A stretch of 64,000 bases of DNA, from positions 2,632 to 66,631 of the forward strand of contig JAZPZJ010000093.1 in the NCBI GenBank assembly GCA_045544635.1, in the 5' to 3' direction. Both the position numbers and the translations under genes were made by a program. The notes beneath the pieces are model-generated. The model was not told the origin of the DNA. It saw nothing but the letters and a program-made list of their open reading frames with translations, and did not search any database. Source of the DNA: Oscillospiraceae bacterium. Lineage in GTDB: Bacteria > Bacillota > Clostridia > Oscillospirales > Ruminococcaceae. Positions 27,627 through 36,781 of this stretch are shown here, one piece after another (positions within the stretch are counted from its first letter, which is position 1; each line of letters starts with the position of its first letter).

Positions 27627-30233
27627 ATGAATGCACAGAAACTGACACAGAAATCTATGGAAGCGATCCGTGAAGCACAGACCATTGCCGTGACGGCACA
27701 GAATATGCAGATCGAACAGCTGCATCTGTTTCTGGCGCTGGTGCAGCAGGAGCAGGGGCTGATCGGTCAGCTCATGGAACGGCTGCAGGTGGATGTTCCG
27801 GCACTGCGGCAGGAATTGCAGCGTGCCATTGATGCCATGCCGGCAGTGACGGGCAGCGGCAGACAGCCCGATTCCGTCTATGTCTCCCGTGATGTGGACG
27901 CTGTGTTTGCTGCTGCGGAGCAGATCGCAGCGAACATGAAGGATGAATATGTCTCGGTGGAGCATCTTTTCCTTGCGCTGCTGGAAAAGCCCGACCATGC
28001 GGTGAAGAAACTCCTGCAGCAGTTCGGTATCCGTAAGGACGCCTTTCTGCAGGCGCTGCAGCAGGTGCGTGGGAATACCCGAGTGACGAGCGAAAATCCT
28101 GAGGAGACCTATGATGTCCTGACAAAATACGGACAGGATCTGGTGGAACTTGCCCGACAGAACAAGCTTGACCCCGTGATCGGGCGTGACAGCGAGATCC
28201 GCAATGTGATCCGCATTCTTTCGAGAAAATCCAAGAATAACCCCGTGCTCATCGGTGAGCCGGGTGTCGGCAAGACCGCCATTGCAGAGGGTCTGGCGCT
28301 GCGTATCGTCCGTGGAGATGTACCCGACAGCCTGCGTGACCGCAGGATCTTCTCCCTCGACCTTGGTGCGCTGGTCGCAGGTGCGAAGTACCGTGGTGAG
28401 TTCGAGGAACGCCTGAAGGCAGTGCTGGCGGAAATCAAGAAGAGCGAGGGCGGCATCATCCTCTTCATTGACGAGCTGCACACGATCGTGGGTGCCGGCA
28501 AAACCGATGGTGCGATGGATGCCGGCAATCTCCTCAAGCCCATGCTGGCGAGGGGTGAACTGCACTGCATCGGTGCGACTACGCTCAATGAGTACCGTCA
28601 GTATATTGAGAAGGATGCGGCACTTGAGCGCCGATTCCAGCCCGTACTGGTTGCCGAGCCGACGGTGGAGGATACCATTTCCATCCTGCGTGGACTGAAG
28701 GAGCGTTACGAGGTGTTCCACGGTGTCAAGATTCACGACGGTGCGCTGCTGGCGGCGGCAACGCTTTCCGACCGCTATATTTCGGATCGCTTCCTTCCGG
28801 ATAAGGCGATCGACCTTGTGGACGAAGCATGTGCCATGATCCGCACGGAGATGGATTCCATGCCCACGGAGCTGGATGATATCTCCCGTCAGGTGATCCG
28901 CCTTGAGATCGAGGAAACGGCACTGAAGAAGGAGACCGACAAGCTTTCGCAGGAGCATCTGGCGGAAATTCAGCGTGAGCTGGCGGCACTGCGGGAACGT
29001 TTTGCGGAGATGAAGGCGAAGTGGGAAAACGAGCGCAGCAGCATTTCAAAGGTGCAGAAGCTTCGTGAGGAGATCGAGCAGGTGACGGCGCAGATCGAAA
29101 AGGCGGAACGGGAATATGACCTCAACAAGGCGGCAGAGCTGAAATACGGCAGACTTCCTGCGCTGCAGAAATCACTTTCCGAGCAGGAAACTCTGGCGGA
29201 GCAGTCCACGGGCAGGGAAAGCCTGCTGCGTGATTGCGTGACTGAGGAGGAGATCGCCCGGATCGTGGGCAGATGGACGGGCATTCCCGTGTCGAAGCTC
29301 ATGGAGGGCGAGCGTGAGAAGCTCCTGCGGCTCGAAGAGATCCTGCATGAGCGTGTGATCGGGCAGCACGAGGCAGTGGAAAAGGTGAGCGAAGCGATCC
29401 TGCGCTCCCGTGCCGGAATTCAGGATCCCGACAAGCCCATCGGTTCGTTCCTGTTCTTGGGACCCACGGGTGTGGGTAAGACGGAGCTTGCCAAGGCACT
29501 GGCGCAGGCGCTTTTCGATGATGAGAACAGCATGGTGCGCATTGATATGAGCGAGTATATGGAGAAATTCAGCGTCAGCCGTCTGATCGGAGCGCCTCCC
29601 GGCTATGTGGGCTATGAGGAGGGTGGACAGCTCACCGAGGCAGTACGCCGCAAGCCCTACTGTGTGCTGCTGCTGGACGAGGTGGAGAAAGCGCATCCCG
29701 ATGTGTTCAACATCCTCCTGCAGGTGCTCGATGACGGCAGAATTACCGATTCGCAGGGCAGAACAGTGGATTTCAAGAATACCATCATCATCCTGACCTC
29801 GAACCTTGGTTCTCCCTGTATTCTGGAGGGGATCGGAGCGGACGGCGAGATTTCGCAGAGTGCAAGGGAACAGGTGAATGCGCTCCTGCGGCAGCAGTTC
29901 CGTCCGGAGTTCCTGAACCGTCTGGATGAAATCGTGTTCTACAAGCCCCTGCAGCGTGACGAGATCTTCCGCATTGTGGATCTGCTGCTTGCCGATCTGC
30001 GGCGCAGACTTGCGCAGAAGCAGCTGGACGTGGAGGTAACGGATGCGGCAAAGGACGCCATTGTGGAGCAGAGCTACGATGTGAGCTACGGCGCACGTCC
30101 GCTCAGACGCTTCCTGCAGCGCAAGCTGGAGACGATGATTGCACGTCACATCATCGCCGGCGATCCTGCCCCCGGAATGATTCTGGCGGTGGACTACCGG
30201 AATGGGGACTTTGTGATGGAAGCAAAGCAGTAA
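27627..30233 (+). CDS. clpB: ATP-dependent chaperone/disaggregase ClpB
   Basis: 868 aa with two AAA+ modules ([10 protein letters not shown]; [10 protein letters not shown]), a long coiled-coil middle domain, and a Clp_N start. Confidence 0.95.
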   Translation: MNAQKLTQKSMEAIREAQTIAVTAQNMQIEQLHLFLALVQQEQGLIGQLMERLQVDVPALRQELQRAIDAMPAVTGSGRQPDSVYVSRDVDAVFAAAEQIAANMKDEYVSVEHLFLALLEKPDHAVKKLLQQFGIRKDAFLQALQQVRGNTRVTSENPEETYDVLTKYGQDLVELARQNKLDPVIGRDSEIRNVIRILSRKSKNNPVLIGEPGVGKTAIAEGLALRIVRGDVPDSLRDRRIFSLDLGALVAGAKYRGEFEERLKAVLAEIKKSEGGIILFIDELHTIVGAGKTDGAMDAGNLLKPMLARGELHCIGATTLNEYRQYIEKDAALERRFQPVLVAEPTVEDTISILRGLKERYEVFHGVKIHDGALLAAATLSDRYISDRFLPDKAIDLVDEACAMIRTEMDSMPTELDDISRQVIRLEIEETALKKETDKLSQEHLAEIQRELAALRERFAEMKAKWENERSSISKVQKLREEIEQVTAQIEKAEREYDLNKAAELKYGRLPALQKSLSEQETLAEQSTGRESLLRDCVTEEEIARIVGRWTGIPVSKLMEGEREKLLRLEEILHERVIGQHEAVEKVSEAILRSRAGIQDPDKPIGSFLFLGPTGVGKTELAKALAQALFDDENSMVRIDMSEYMEKFSVSRLIGAPPGYVGYEEGGQLTEAVRRKPYCVLLLDEVEKAHPDVFNILLQVLDDGRITDSQGRTVDFKNTIIILTSNLGSPCILEGIGADGEISQSAREQVNALLRQQFRPEFLNRLDEIVFYKPLQRDEIFRIVDLLLADLRRRLAQKQLDVEVTDAAKDAIVEQSYDVSYGARPLRRFLQRKLETMIARHIIAGDPAPGMILAVDYRNGDFVMEAKQ

Positions 30234-30244
30234 AAATAGACATG

Positions 30245-30282
30245 AAGCAGCACTCCGTTTTTCAGCGGAGTGCTGCTTTTCC
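30245..30282 (+). terminator. rho-independent terminator after clpB
   Basis: AAGCAGCACTCCG-(8 nt)-CGGAGTGCTGCTT followed by a T-run. Confidence 0.7.
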
Positions 30283-30401
30283 CATTGCCCTGTCTTTTAC
30301 GGGTTTTGAATAAACGATCTCGGATCGTGGAGCGGCATACAGAAAAACGGGGGGCGGACAAAGGGTCTTTTGGTCATTTTTCTGAAAGTTCTGCGCTTTT
30401 C

Positions 30402-30430
30402 TTGCATTCCACGGGCAGTTGTGGTATAAT
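30402..30430 (+). promoter_or_regulatory. sigma-A promoter TTGCAT-17-TATAAT upstream of GH95
   Basis: Hexamers at 30402-30407 and 30425-30430, with TG at the extended -10 position (TGGTATAAT). Confidence 0.5.
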
Positions 30431-30479
30431 GAGAAGATAGAGAATGGATCGTCTTACGCAAAAGACAACGGAGGAAATT

Positions 30480-32822
30480 ATGAATACAGAACAGACACTC
30501 TGGTATACGAAAGCGGCACCTGATTTTGACCGCGCCCTGCCCATCGGCAATGGCAGGATCGGCGGTATGGTGTTCGGCGGCGCAGAAAAGGAAACCATCA
30601 AACTCAACGAGGATTCCATCTACTCCGGTGGTATGCGTGAGCGCATCAACCCCAGAGCCTATGAAGGCATGCAGGAGATCCGACAGCTTCTGCTTGCGGA
30701 ACGCATTGCAGAAGCAGAAAAGCTGACGTTCCAGAAAATGCAGGGCGTGACTCCCAATTCCCGTCACTATATGCCGCTCGGTGAGCTGACGATGTTTTTC
30801 GGCTTTACGGGTAAGGCACGGGAATATGTCCGCACGCTCGATCTGCAGCGTGCTGTTGCAGGTGTACAGTTCCATGATGATGCCGGTGTGCAGTTTGCAC
30901 GGGAATGCTTTGTGTCCCATCCTGCACAGCTTCTGGTGATACATCTGACCTGCAGCGAGGCAGGAAAGCTGCATTTCTCCGCTGCCATTGATGGTCGGGA
31001 TGATTATTATGATGACAATCGTCCTGTGGAGGAGAATGTGATCCTCTACACGGGCGGCACGGGCAGCCGTGACGGTATTTTCTTTGCCGCAGGTATGACC
31101 GCTGTGGTCAAGGGCGGCAGTGTGGAGACCATCGGCAATGCCGTGAGCGTGAGCAATGCGGATGAGGCACTGCTGCTCATTTCTGCGGAGACCAGCTTCT
31201 ATCACGGTGAGGATTATCAGCACATTGCACTTGAGCGTCTGCATGCGGTGACGGACGGCGCAGCGGATGTTTCTGCACTGGCACAGCAGCTGCTTGCCGA
31301 TCATATTGCGGATTACACGGCGCTCTATGACCGTGTGAAATTCACGCTCAGCGATAACAGCGAGGGTGAAGCGGATCGTCTCCCTACGGATGCAAGAATC
31401 GCACGTCTGCGGGGCAATGACGAGGACAACAAGGAGTGCAAGGGACATATCCACGACAACAAGCTTGCCGTCCTCTATTACAACTATGGCAGATATCTCA
31501 TGATCGCTGCAAGCCGTCCCGGTACACAGCCGATGAACCTGCAGGGGATCTGGAATCAGGATATGTGGCCGGCGTGGGGCTGCCGTTTTACCATCAATAT
31601 CAACACCCAGATGAACTACTGGGGCGCAGAAAGCGGCAATCTCTCCGAATGCCACCTGCCCCTCTTTGACCTGATCGAGCGGATGCGGCCGCACGGCAGA
31701 AAAACGGCACAGGAGATGTACCATGCCAAGGGCTTCTGCTGCCACCACAATACGGATATCTGGGGCGATTGTGCGCCGCAGGATCTATGGATGCCGGCGA
31801 CCATCTGGCCGATGGGTGCGGCATGGCTGTGTCTGCATATTTTTGAGCATTATCGTTTTACACAGGATCTCGATTTCCTGAAGGCGCATTTCGATGCGCT
31901 GTGTGAGGCGGCGGAATTCTTCACAGATTACCTCTTTGAAAACAAGCAGGGACAGCTTGTGACGGGACCATCCACTTCTCCGGAAAATACCTATCTGACA
32001 AAGAGCGGCACCAAGGGCAGCCTGTGTATCGGGCCTTCCATGGACACACAGATCATTACCGTGCTGTTCCATGATGTGATCGCTGCTTCCAGGCTGCTGG
32101 GAGAACGGCAGGAGCTGGCTGCACAGCTTGCGGAAATGCTTCCGAAGCTGCCGCCCATTACCATTGGAAAGTACGGACAGATCATGGAGTGGGCAGAGGA
32201 TTATGATGAGGTTGAGATCGGACACCGCCATATTTCGCAGCTCTTTGCACTGCATCCGGCTGATCTGATCACACCGCATAAAACGCCAAAGCTTGCGGCT
32301 GCTGCAAGAGCAACCATGATCCGCCGCCTGATTCACGGAGGCGGTCATACGGGTTGGAGCTGCGCATGGATCATCAATATGTGGGCAAGACTCCACGATG
32401 CCGAGATGGTTTATGAGAACCTCCAGAAGCTGCTGGCACATTCCACAAACCCGAACCTGCTCGATTCCCATCCGCCCTTCCAGATCGACGGCAATTTCGG
32501 AGGTTCCGCAGGTATCGCCGAGGCGCTGCTGCAGAGTCACAGCGAAGAGCTGCATCTGCTGCCTGCGCTGCCCGATGAATGGGCAAACGGCAGTATCAGC
32601 GGTCTGCGTGCAAGGGGCGGCTTTGAGATTTCAATGCAGTGGCAGAACGGAACGCTCGTTTCTGCGGAGATCCTCTCGCTGCACGGCAATCCCTGCTGTC
32701 TGCGGACGGAAGCGGTGGTCAGTGTGACCTGTGCGGATGGATCCGATGTGAATGCACAGCTCAGGGACGGAACGATCCGATTCGACACCAAGTGCGGTGC
32801 ACTGTACCGTGTGAAAGCATAG
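30480..32822 (+). CDS. glycoside hydrolase family 95 (alpha-L-fucosidase-type)
   Basis: ATG 30480 after GGAGGA. LWYTKAAPDFDRALPIGNGRIGGMVFGG...IKLNEDSIYSGG is the typical GH95 N-terminus. About 780 aa. Confidence 0.82.
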   Translation: MNTEQTLWYTKAAPDFDRALPIGNGRIGGMVFGGAEKETIKLNEDSIYSGGMRERINPRAYEGMQEIRQLLLAERIAEAEKLTFQKMQGVTPNSRHYMPLGELTMFFGFTGKAREYVRTLDLQRAVAGVQFHDDAGVQFARECFVSHPAQLLVIHLTCSEAGKLHFSAAIDGRDDYYDDNRPVEENVILYTGGTGSRDGIFFAAGMTAVVKGGSVETIGNAVSVSNADEALLLISAETSFYHGEDYQHIALERLHAVTDGAADVSALAQQLLADHIADYTALYDRVKFTLSDNSEGEADRLPTDARIARLRGNDEDNKECKGHIHDNKLAVLYYNYGRYLMIAASRPGTQPMNLQGIWNQDMWPAWGCRFTININTQMNYWGAESGNLSECHLPLFDLIERMRPHGRKTAQEMYHAKGFCCHHNTDIWGDCAPQDLWMPATIWPMGAAWLCLHIFEHYRFTQDLDFLKAHFDALCEAAEFFTDYLFENKQGQLVTGPSTSPENTYLTKSGTKGSLCIGPSMDTQIITVLFHDVIAASRLLGERQELAAQLAEMLPKLPPITIGKYGQIMEWAEDYDEVEIGHRHISQLFALHPADLITPHKTPKLAAAARATMIRRLIHGGGHTGWSCAWIINMWARLHDAEMVYENLQKLLAHSTNPNLLDSHPPFQIDGNFGGSAGIAEALLQSHSEELHLLPALPDEWANGSISGLRARGGFEISMQWQNGTLVSAEILSLHGNPCCLRTEAVVSVTCADGSDVNAQLRDGTIRFDTKCGALYRVKA

Positions 32823-32833
32823 GAGCGTGACAT

Positions 32834-34570
32834 ATGAAACGGAATATATGGCTGCTGATCGCCGCAGGCGTGATGGTTGCGGCAGCAGTAATCTTTATGA
32901 TCGTGATGGGATTGCGGTCGAAGCCGGCAAAGCCTCCGACGACCTCACCCACGGATGCACAGATGTCATCCACGGTACAGCCGGAAGCGGAGACACTTCC
33001 GGCAATGACGGAGCAGACCGGTCCGAGCTATCCGATGGTGGAGCTTGAGGTGCCGCCGATCGAAACACAGGAAACTAAGATCATCATGGAAGCCGAGGAG
33101 GCACAGTATACCGGACTTCTGATGGTCGAATCCCTTCTGCCGGGTTTCAGCGGCGAGGGATATCTTGCCGGCTTTGGTGTAAACCCCGGTGATGTTGTTG
33201 TGGCAAAATGCGAAATCCCTGCCGCACAGCATTATGACGTGACCATCAGCGTGTATGCGGATACCGTCGTGACCAATGCACTCCTCGTGAATGATACGGA
33301 GATCGGGGAATTTACCATCGAGGAGGGCGGACATTTTGTGCGTGTTACCTTCTCGGGTGTGTATCTGCCGCAGGGCGAAGCGACCTTCTCCATCCGTGAG
33401 ATTGACGGCATGTTCTCCCTTGATTATTTCGAAGTTTCGGATTATTCCGAGATGTATCAGATCGAATACCGTGAGTCCTACAAGCTCAGTGACAAGGATG
33501 CTTCGGAACAGGCGCAGAAGCTCATGGAGTATATGAGTATGCATTACGGCGCCAAGGTGCTGACAGGACAGTATGCGGCAAGTGACGCCAACACGGAGGC
33601 GGATCTGCTTTTCCGTCTTACAGGTAAGTATCCTGCGATCCGTTTCGGCGATCTGGAGGGCTGCACGGTGAATACGACCGCCAGAAAGAGCGACGCCATC
33701 GCCGCTTCGCAGGCATGGTGGGAGCGTGGCGGCATTGTCGGACTGATGTGGCACTGGGACGCACCGACGGGTGTTGCTTCGGTGTATGCACAGGAAACAG
33801 ATTTCTCGCTGGAAAGCGCCATGACCGATCAGGATGTGGCATCCCTTTCCCAGACGGAGATCGACAAGCTTTTCGAGGACGGCGTGATCACAGAGGAATG
33901 CCACGCCATCCTGCGTGATATTGACAGCGTGGCAGCGGAGCTGAAAATTCTGGCAGAGCAGGATATTCCCGTGCTCTGGCGTCCGCTGCATGAAGCAAGC
34001 GGCGACTGGTTCTGGTGGGGGGCGGATGGTCCGGATGCTTACCGGTGGCTCTGGGAGCTGCTGTATGAGCGTCTGACGCAGTACCACGAGCTGCACAATC
34101 TGATCTGGATCTGGAATGGACAGAGCGAACATTATCTGATGGATGCGGATCTGTATGACATTGCGTCTTTGGATATTTACCTGCCCGAAGGAACGGATTA
34201 CGGCAGCCGTTACGAACAGTTTGTGCTGCTGTCGAGAATGACGGGCGGTGAAAAGATGCTGGCGCTGAGTGAGACAAGCAGTGTGCCCTCGATGAATGCG
34301 ATGTTCCGTGACAACTGTATCTGGAGTTTTTTCGGGCTGTGGTACGGGGATTATCTGATCGGTGAGGACGGTGCGTATTCCGAACAGTATACCGGATCGG
34401 AAGCGATGGTGGCGATATATAATTCCGAGGCGGCACTGACGCTTTCGGATACGGCGGCGTATTTCCTGGACGAACAGGAACCGGAGGCACTTACTAAGCC
34501 CACGGTGCCGCAGGAACCGGAAACAGAAGCAGTGGCCGAGGAAACCACGGAGACTGCGGGAGAAGAATAA
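32834..34570 (+). CDS. membrane-anchored GH26 beta-mannanase-type enzyme with N-terminal CBM-like module
   Basis: N-terminal TM. CBM6/35-like segment (EAEEAQYTG...GEGYLAGF...FSLDYFEV). GH26 signature VLWRPLHEASGDWFWWG. Confidence 0.78.
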   Translation: MKRNIWLLIAAGVMVAAAVIFMIVMGLRSKPAKPPTTSPTDAQMSSTVQPEAETLPAMTEQTGPSYPMVELEVPPIETQETKIIMEAEEAQYTGLLMVESLLPGFSGEGYLAGFGVNPGDVVVAKCEIPAAQHYDVTISVYADTVVTNALLVNDTEIGEFTIEEGGHFVRVTFSGVYLPQGEATFSIREIDGMFSLDYFEVSDYSEMYQIEYRESYKLSDKDASEQAQKLMEYMSMHYGAKVLTGQYAASDANTEADLLFRLTGKYPAIRFGDLEGCTVNTTARKSDAIAASQAWWERGGIVGLMWHWDAPTGVASVYAQETDFSLESAMTDQDVASLSQTEIDKLFEDGVITEECHAILRDIDSVAAELKILAEQDIPVLWRPLHEASGDWFWWGADGPDAYRWLWELLYERLTQYHELHNLIWIWNGQSEHYLMDADLYDIASLDIYLPEGTDYGSRYEQFVLLSRMTGGEKMLALSETSSVPSMNAMFRDNCIWSFFGLWYGDYLIGEDGAYSEQYTGSEAMVAIYNSEAALTLSDTAAYFLDEQEPEALTKPTVPQEPETEAVAEETTETAGEE

Positions 34571-34576
34571 ACCAAA

Positions 34577-34604
34577 CCCCTCTGTTTCGTCAGAAACAGA
34601 GGGG
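34577..34604. repeat. 28-bp hairpin CCCCTCTGTTTCGTCAGAAACAGAGGGG, copy 1 (direct repeat flanking the MITE-like element)
   Basis: Exact 28-mer recurs at 34805-34832. This copy extends to a 17-bp stem (34572-34609). Confidence 0.9.
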
Positions 34605-34609
34605 TTTGG

Positions 34610-34804
34610 CTGTCAAAAAGTCCCGTTCAGCCAGCGCGCCTTACGGCGCACGGCTGGACTAGTTTTTTATTCTTAGTTGCTCCTTCGGCGCATGTAGGGG
34701 GCTTCTCCCCCTACAACCCCCAGTGTATAGCCAAAAAGCGCTCCGCAGGAGGGCGGGGTAGGGTGCGGCAAATTTAAGTGAAATTATACTTTTCGACAAG
34801 CTGA
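34610..34804 (+). repeat. MITE-like ~195-bp structured repeat, copy A
   Basis: Hand alignment to the reverse complement of 42848-43070. About 128 nt at one arm show ~9 substitutions and 1 indel; ~40 nt at the other arm show 1 substitution and a 2-nt indel; the centre is divergent. Contains hairpins (GTAGGGGG-CTTCT-CCCCCTAC) and a hairpin plus T6 terminator-like module. Confidence 0.8.
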
Positions 34805-34832
34805 CCCCTCTGTTTCGTCAGAAACAGAGGGG
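34805..34832. repeat. 28-bp hairpin, copy 2
   Basis: Identical to 34577-34604. It abuts the ...CGACAAGCTGA end of the element with no spacer. Confidence 0.9.
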
Positions 34833-34839
34833 GTATTTG

Positions 34840-35601
34840 TTATTTTACCGGTGCCATCAGGATCTTTCCCTTGCCACGGAAGACATTGACCAGACCCTCG
34901 CCGGAAGCAGCGGATCCAAGCAGTGTCTTGGTGGTGCGCTCCACTGTGAATTTCAGGGATTCGCTCCATGCGATCGCCATATTGCCGTCGATCTTTACGA
35001 CATCATTTGCATCCGTCAGTTCCATCACGATCAGCTCATCCCTCGGTACGGGGCTTTCCAGTACCGCAATGCCCGTGCCCGTCAGGCAGGCATTGAACAG
35101 ACCCTCGCCGCCCATTGCTGCAGAGGACAGTGTGCTGCGCATCACGACTTTGGTATTGACGGTGTCCTCGCATGCGTAGAACAGGGAATCCTCAATCACC
35201 ATGCCGCCCCATTTTGACACATCCTCGAACAGAACATACTTGTAGGTCGGCTCCAGTACGATCGTGCCGTAGCCATGGTATCTGGGCTTCACAGCCGCTT
35301 CGCCCGTGACCTTGCTGCCGATGAGCTTCTTCGCAAAGTCGCCGGCACCCTTTACATTGGTTGCAGCGTCCACATTGCCGGCAGTCCACTGCATAGCACC
35401 TGCCTGTACGATGATGCCGTTGCCGTTCAGATTCGCAACCACCTGGCGCTTATGCACGCCCATTTTTGATGCGAAATATTCGCTTGCGGCAGTCTGGTGG
35501 TTAACGGAGATATCCTTGCTGAATTCCAGCAGACTGAAGCAGCCGCTCTGCTCCACGATCTTACGGCAGGCAGTCTCCTGCATGATGTTGGTTGTTACCA
35601 T
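34840..35601 (-). CDS. AIM24-family (TIGR00266/DUF124-like) protein
   Basis: 253 aa: GIIVQAGAMQWTAGNV...GYGTIVLEPTY...GEGLFNACLTGTGIAVLES...GEGLVNVFRGKGKILMAP. This is the characteristic AIM24 beta-rich pattern. Confidence 0.8.
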   Translation of the reverse strand: MVTTNIMQETACRKIVEQSGCFSLLEFSKDISVNHQTAASEYFASKMGVHKRQVVANLNGNGIIVQAGAMQWTAGNVDAATNVKGAGDFAKKLIGSKVTGEAAVKPRYHGYGTIVLEPTYKYVLFEDVSKWGGMVIEDSLFYACEDTVNTKVVMRSTLSSAAMGGEGLFNACLTGTGIAVLESPVPRDELIVMELTDANDVVKIDGNMAIAWSESLKFTVERTTKTLLGSAASGEGLVNVFRGKGKILMAPVK

Positions 35602-35646
35602 AGAAATGACCTTCCTTTCTCAGAGCTGATCGCTCAATTGATGCTG

Positions 35647-36690
35647 TTATTCGGCGGTTTTCTGTGCCTTTGCCTTTTCCTGACAATCGGCAAAGAGCTT
35701 CTTTGCTTCTTCGTCATTGGTCAGATCGGCGAATACACGCAGATAGAAGCATGCATTTTCCCATTCTTCCTTCTCCATTGCCTGTTCGCCCAGTGCTGCT
35801 GCAACACCCAGTACGTTCTGGCTGGGACCATTCGGGATCTCCAGTGAAGCAAATGCCTGCAGGACTTCTTCTCGCTTGGGGGGATGGATCTTCTTGCCCA
35901 TCATCTGTGCAACATGTGTCAGTTCCATACGGACTGTCTGTGTGTGGGAATAGATCAGGCTCTCGAAATAGAAGCAGATCGCCTTTTCGAATTCCTTCAC
36001 ATCCACGCAGTAGTAGCCCAGATTTGCATAGCAGCGTGCAATTGCATGGGGTGATGCGCAGACCGGCAGCGTCTCACGGATGACGGTCAGCAGCTTTTCG
36101 TGTTCATGCATCAGCTTGTAGATCTCTGCCAGTTCGAAACGGGGATCGGGGCAGACCGGATTGAAGCGGATCGCTTCTTCCAGCACCGGGATCGCCTCGG
36201 ACGGACGACGCATTTCCACCAGATTGAAGGCGTGCGCCATCAGGAATCTGACGAAATCGAACGGTGCCTTTTCCAGACGCTTGGTCGGGTGATACATCAC
36301 ATAGTAGAGATTGGATTCGAGCAGATTACGGAAACTGAAGATTCTCGCATCCTCTGTTTCCATAAATTCTGTGCGGATCTTGTCATAGATCTGTGTGGTC
36401 AGCACGATCGCCTTGTCGTACTGCCTCTGCTGCATCAGTGCAGCGGCTTCGCCGTACACGGCATCCAGACGGCGTTCACCGATGTAAAGCTTCTGCTTCA
36501 TGAAGTCCAGATGCTGCTGGGGCATCAGGCTCATAGCGAGATCGGTCAGTTCCTTTGCGATGGCAGCGCCATCCTCCTGCTGTGCGTAACGGCTGACTTC
36601 CGCTTCGATCATGACCATATCCTTGGTCAGGTCGCCGGTGAGCCGGCTGCGGACGGACGCCACGATTGCAATTCTTTCGTTTTCAGTCAT
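35647..36690 (-). CDS. TPR-like helical repeat protein, function unknown
   Basis: Start MTENERIA at 36690 after AAAGGAG. Helical-repeat composition (AIPVLEEAIRFNP..., ARCYANLGYYCVDVKEFEKAICFYFESL). Confidence 0.55.
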   Translation of the reverse strand: MTENERIAIVASVRSRLTGDLTKDMVMIEAEVSRYAQQEDGAAIAKELTDLAMSLMPQQHLDFMKQKLYIGERRLDAVYGEAAALMQQRQYDKAIVLTTQIYDKIRTEFMETEDARIFSFRNLLESNLYYVMYHPTKRLEKAPFDFVRFLMAHAFNLVEMRRPSEAIPVLEEAIRFNPVCPDPRFELAEIYKLMHEHEKLLTVIRETLPVCASPHAIARCYANLGYYCVDVKEFEKAICFYFESLIYSHTQTVRMELTHVAQMMGKKIHPPKREEVLQAFASLEIPNGPSQNVLGVAAALGEQAMEKEEWENACFYLRVFADLTNDEEAKKLFADCQEKAKAQKTAE

Positions 36691-36724
36691 GGTATACTCC
36701 TTTGGGATTTGATAATGCTGCAAA

Positions 36725-36752
36725 GAGTCCCACGCCGTATGGCGTGGGACTC
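36725..36752 (-). terminator. 12-bp perfect hairpin between the repeat-protein gene and the TPR gene
   Basis: GAGTCCCACGCC-GTAT-GGCGTGGGACTC. Only a short T-run follows on the minus strand, so it may act as a partial terminator or processing site. Confidence 0.4.
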
Positions 36753-36781
36753 CCTACGGTATGTTGTTCATCGGGAATGGA

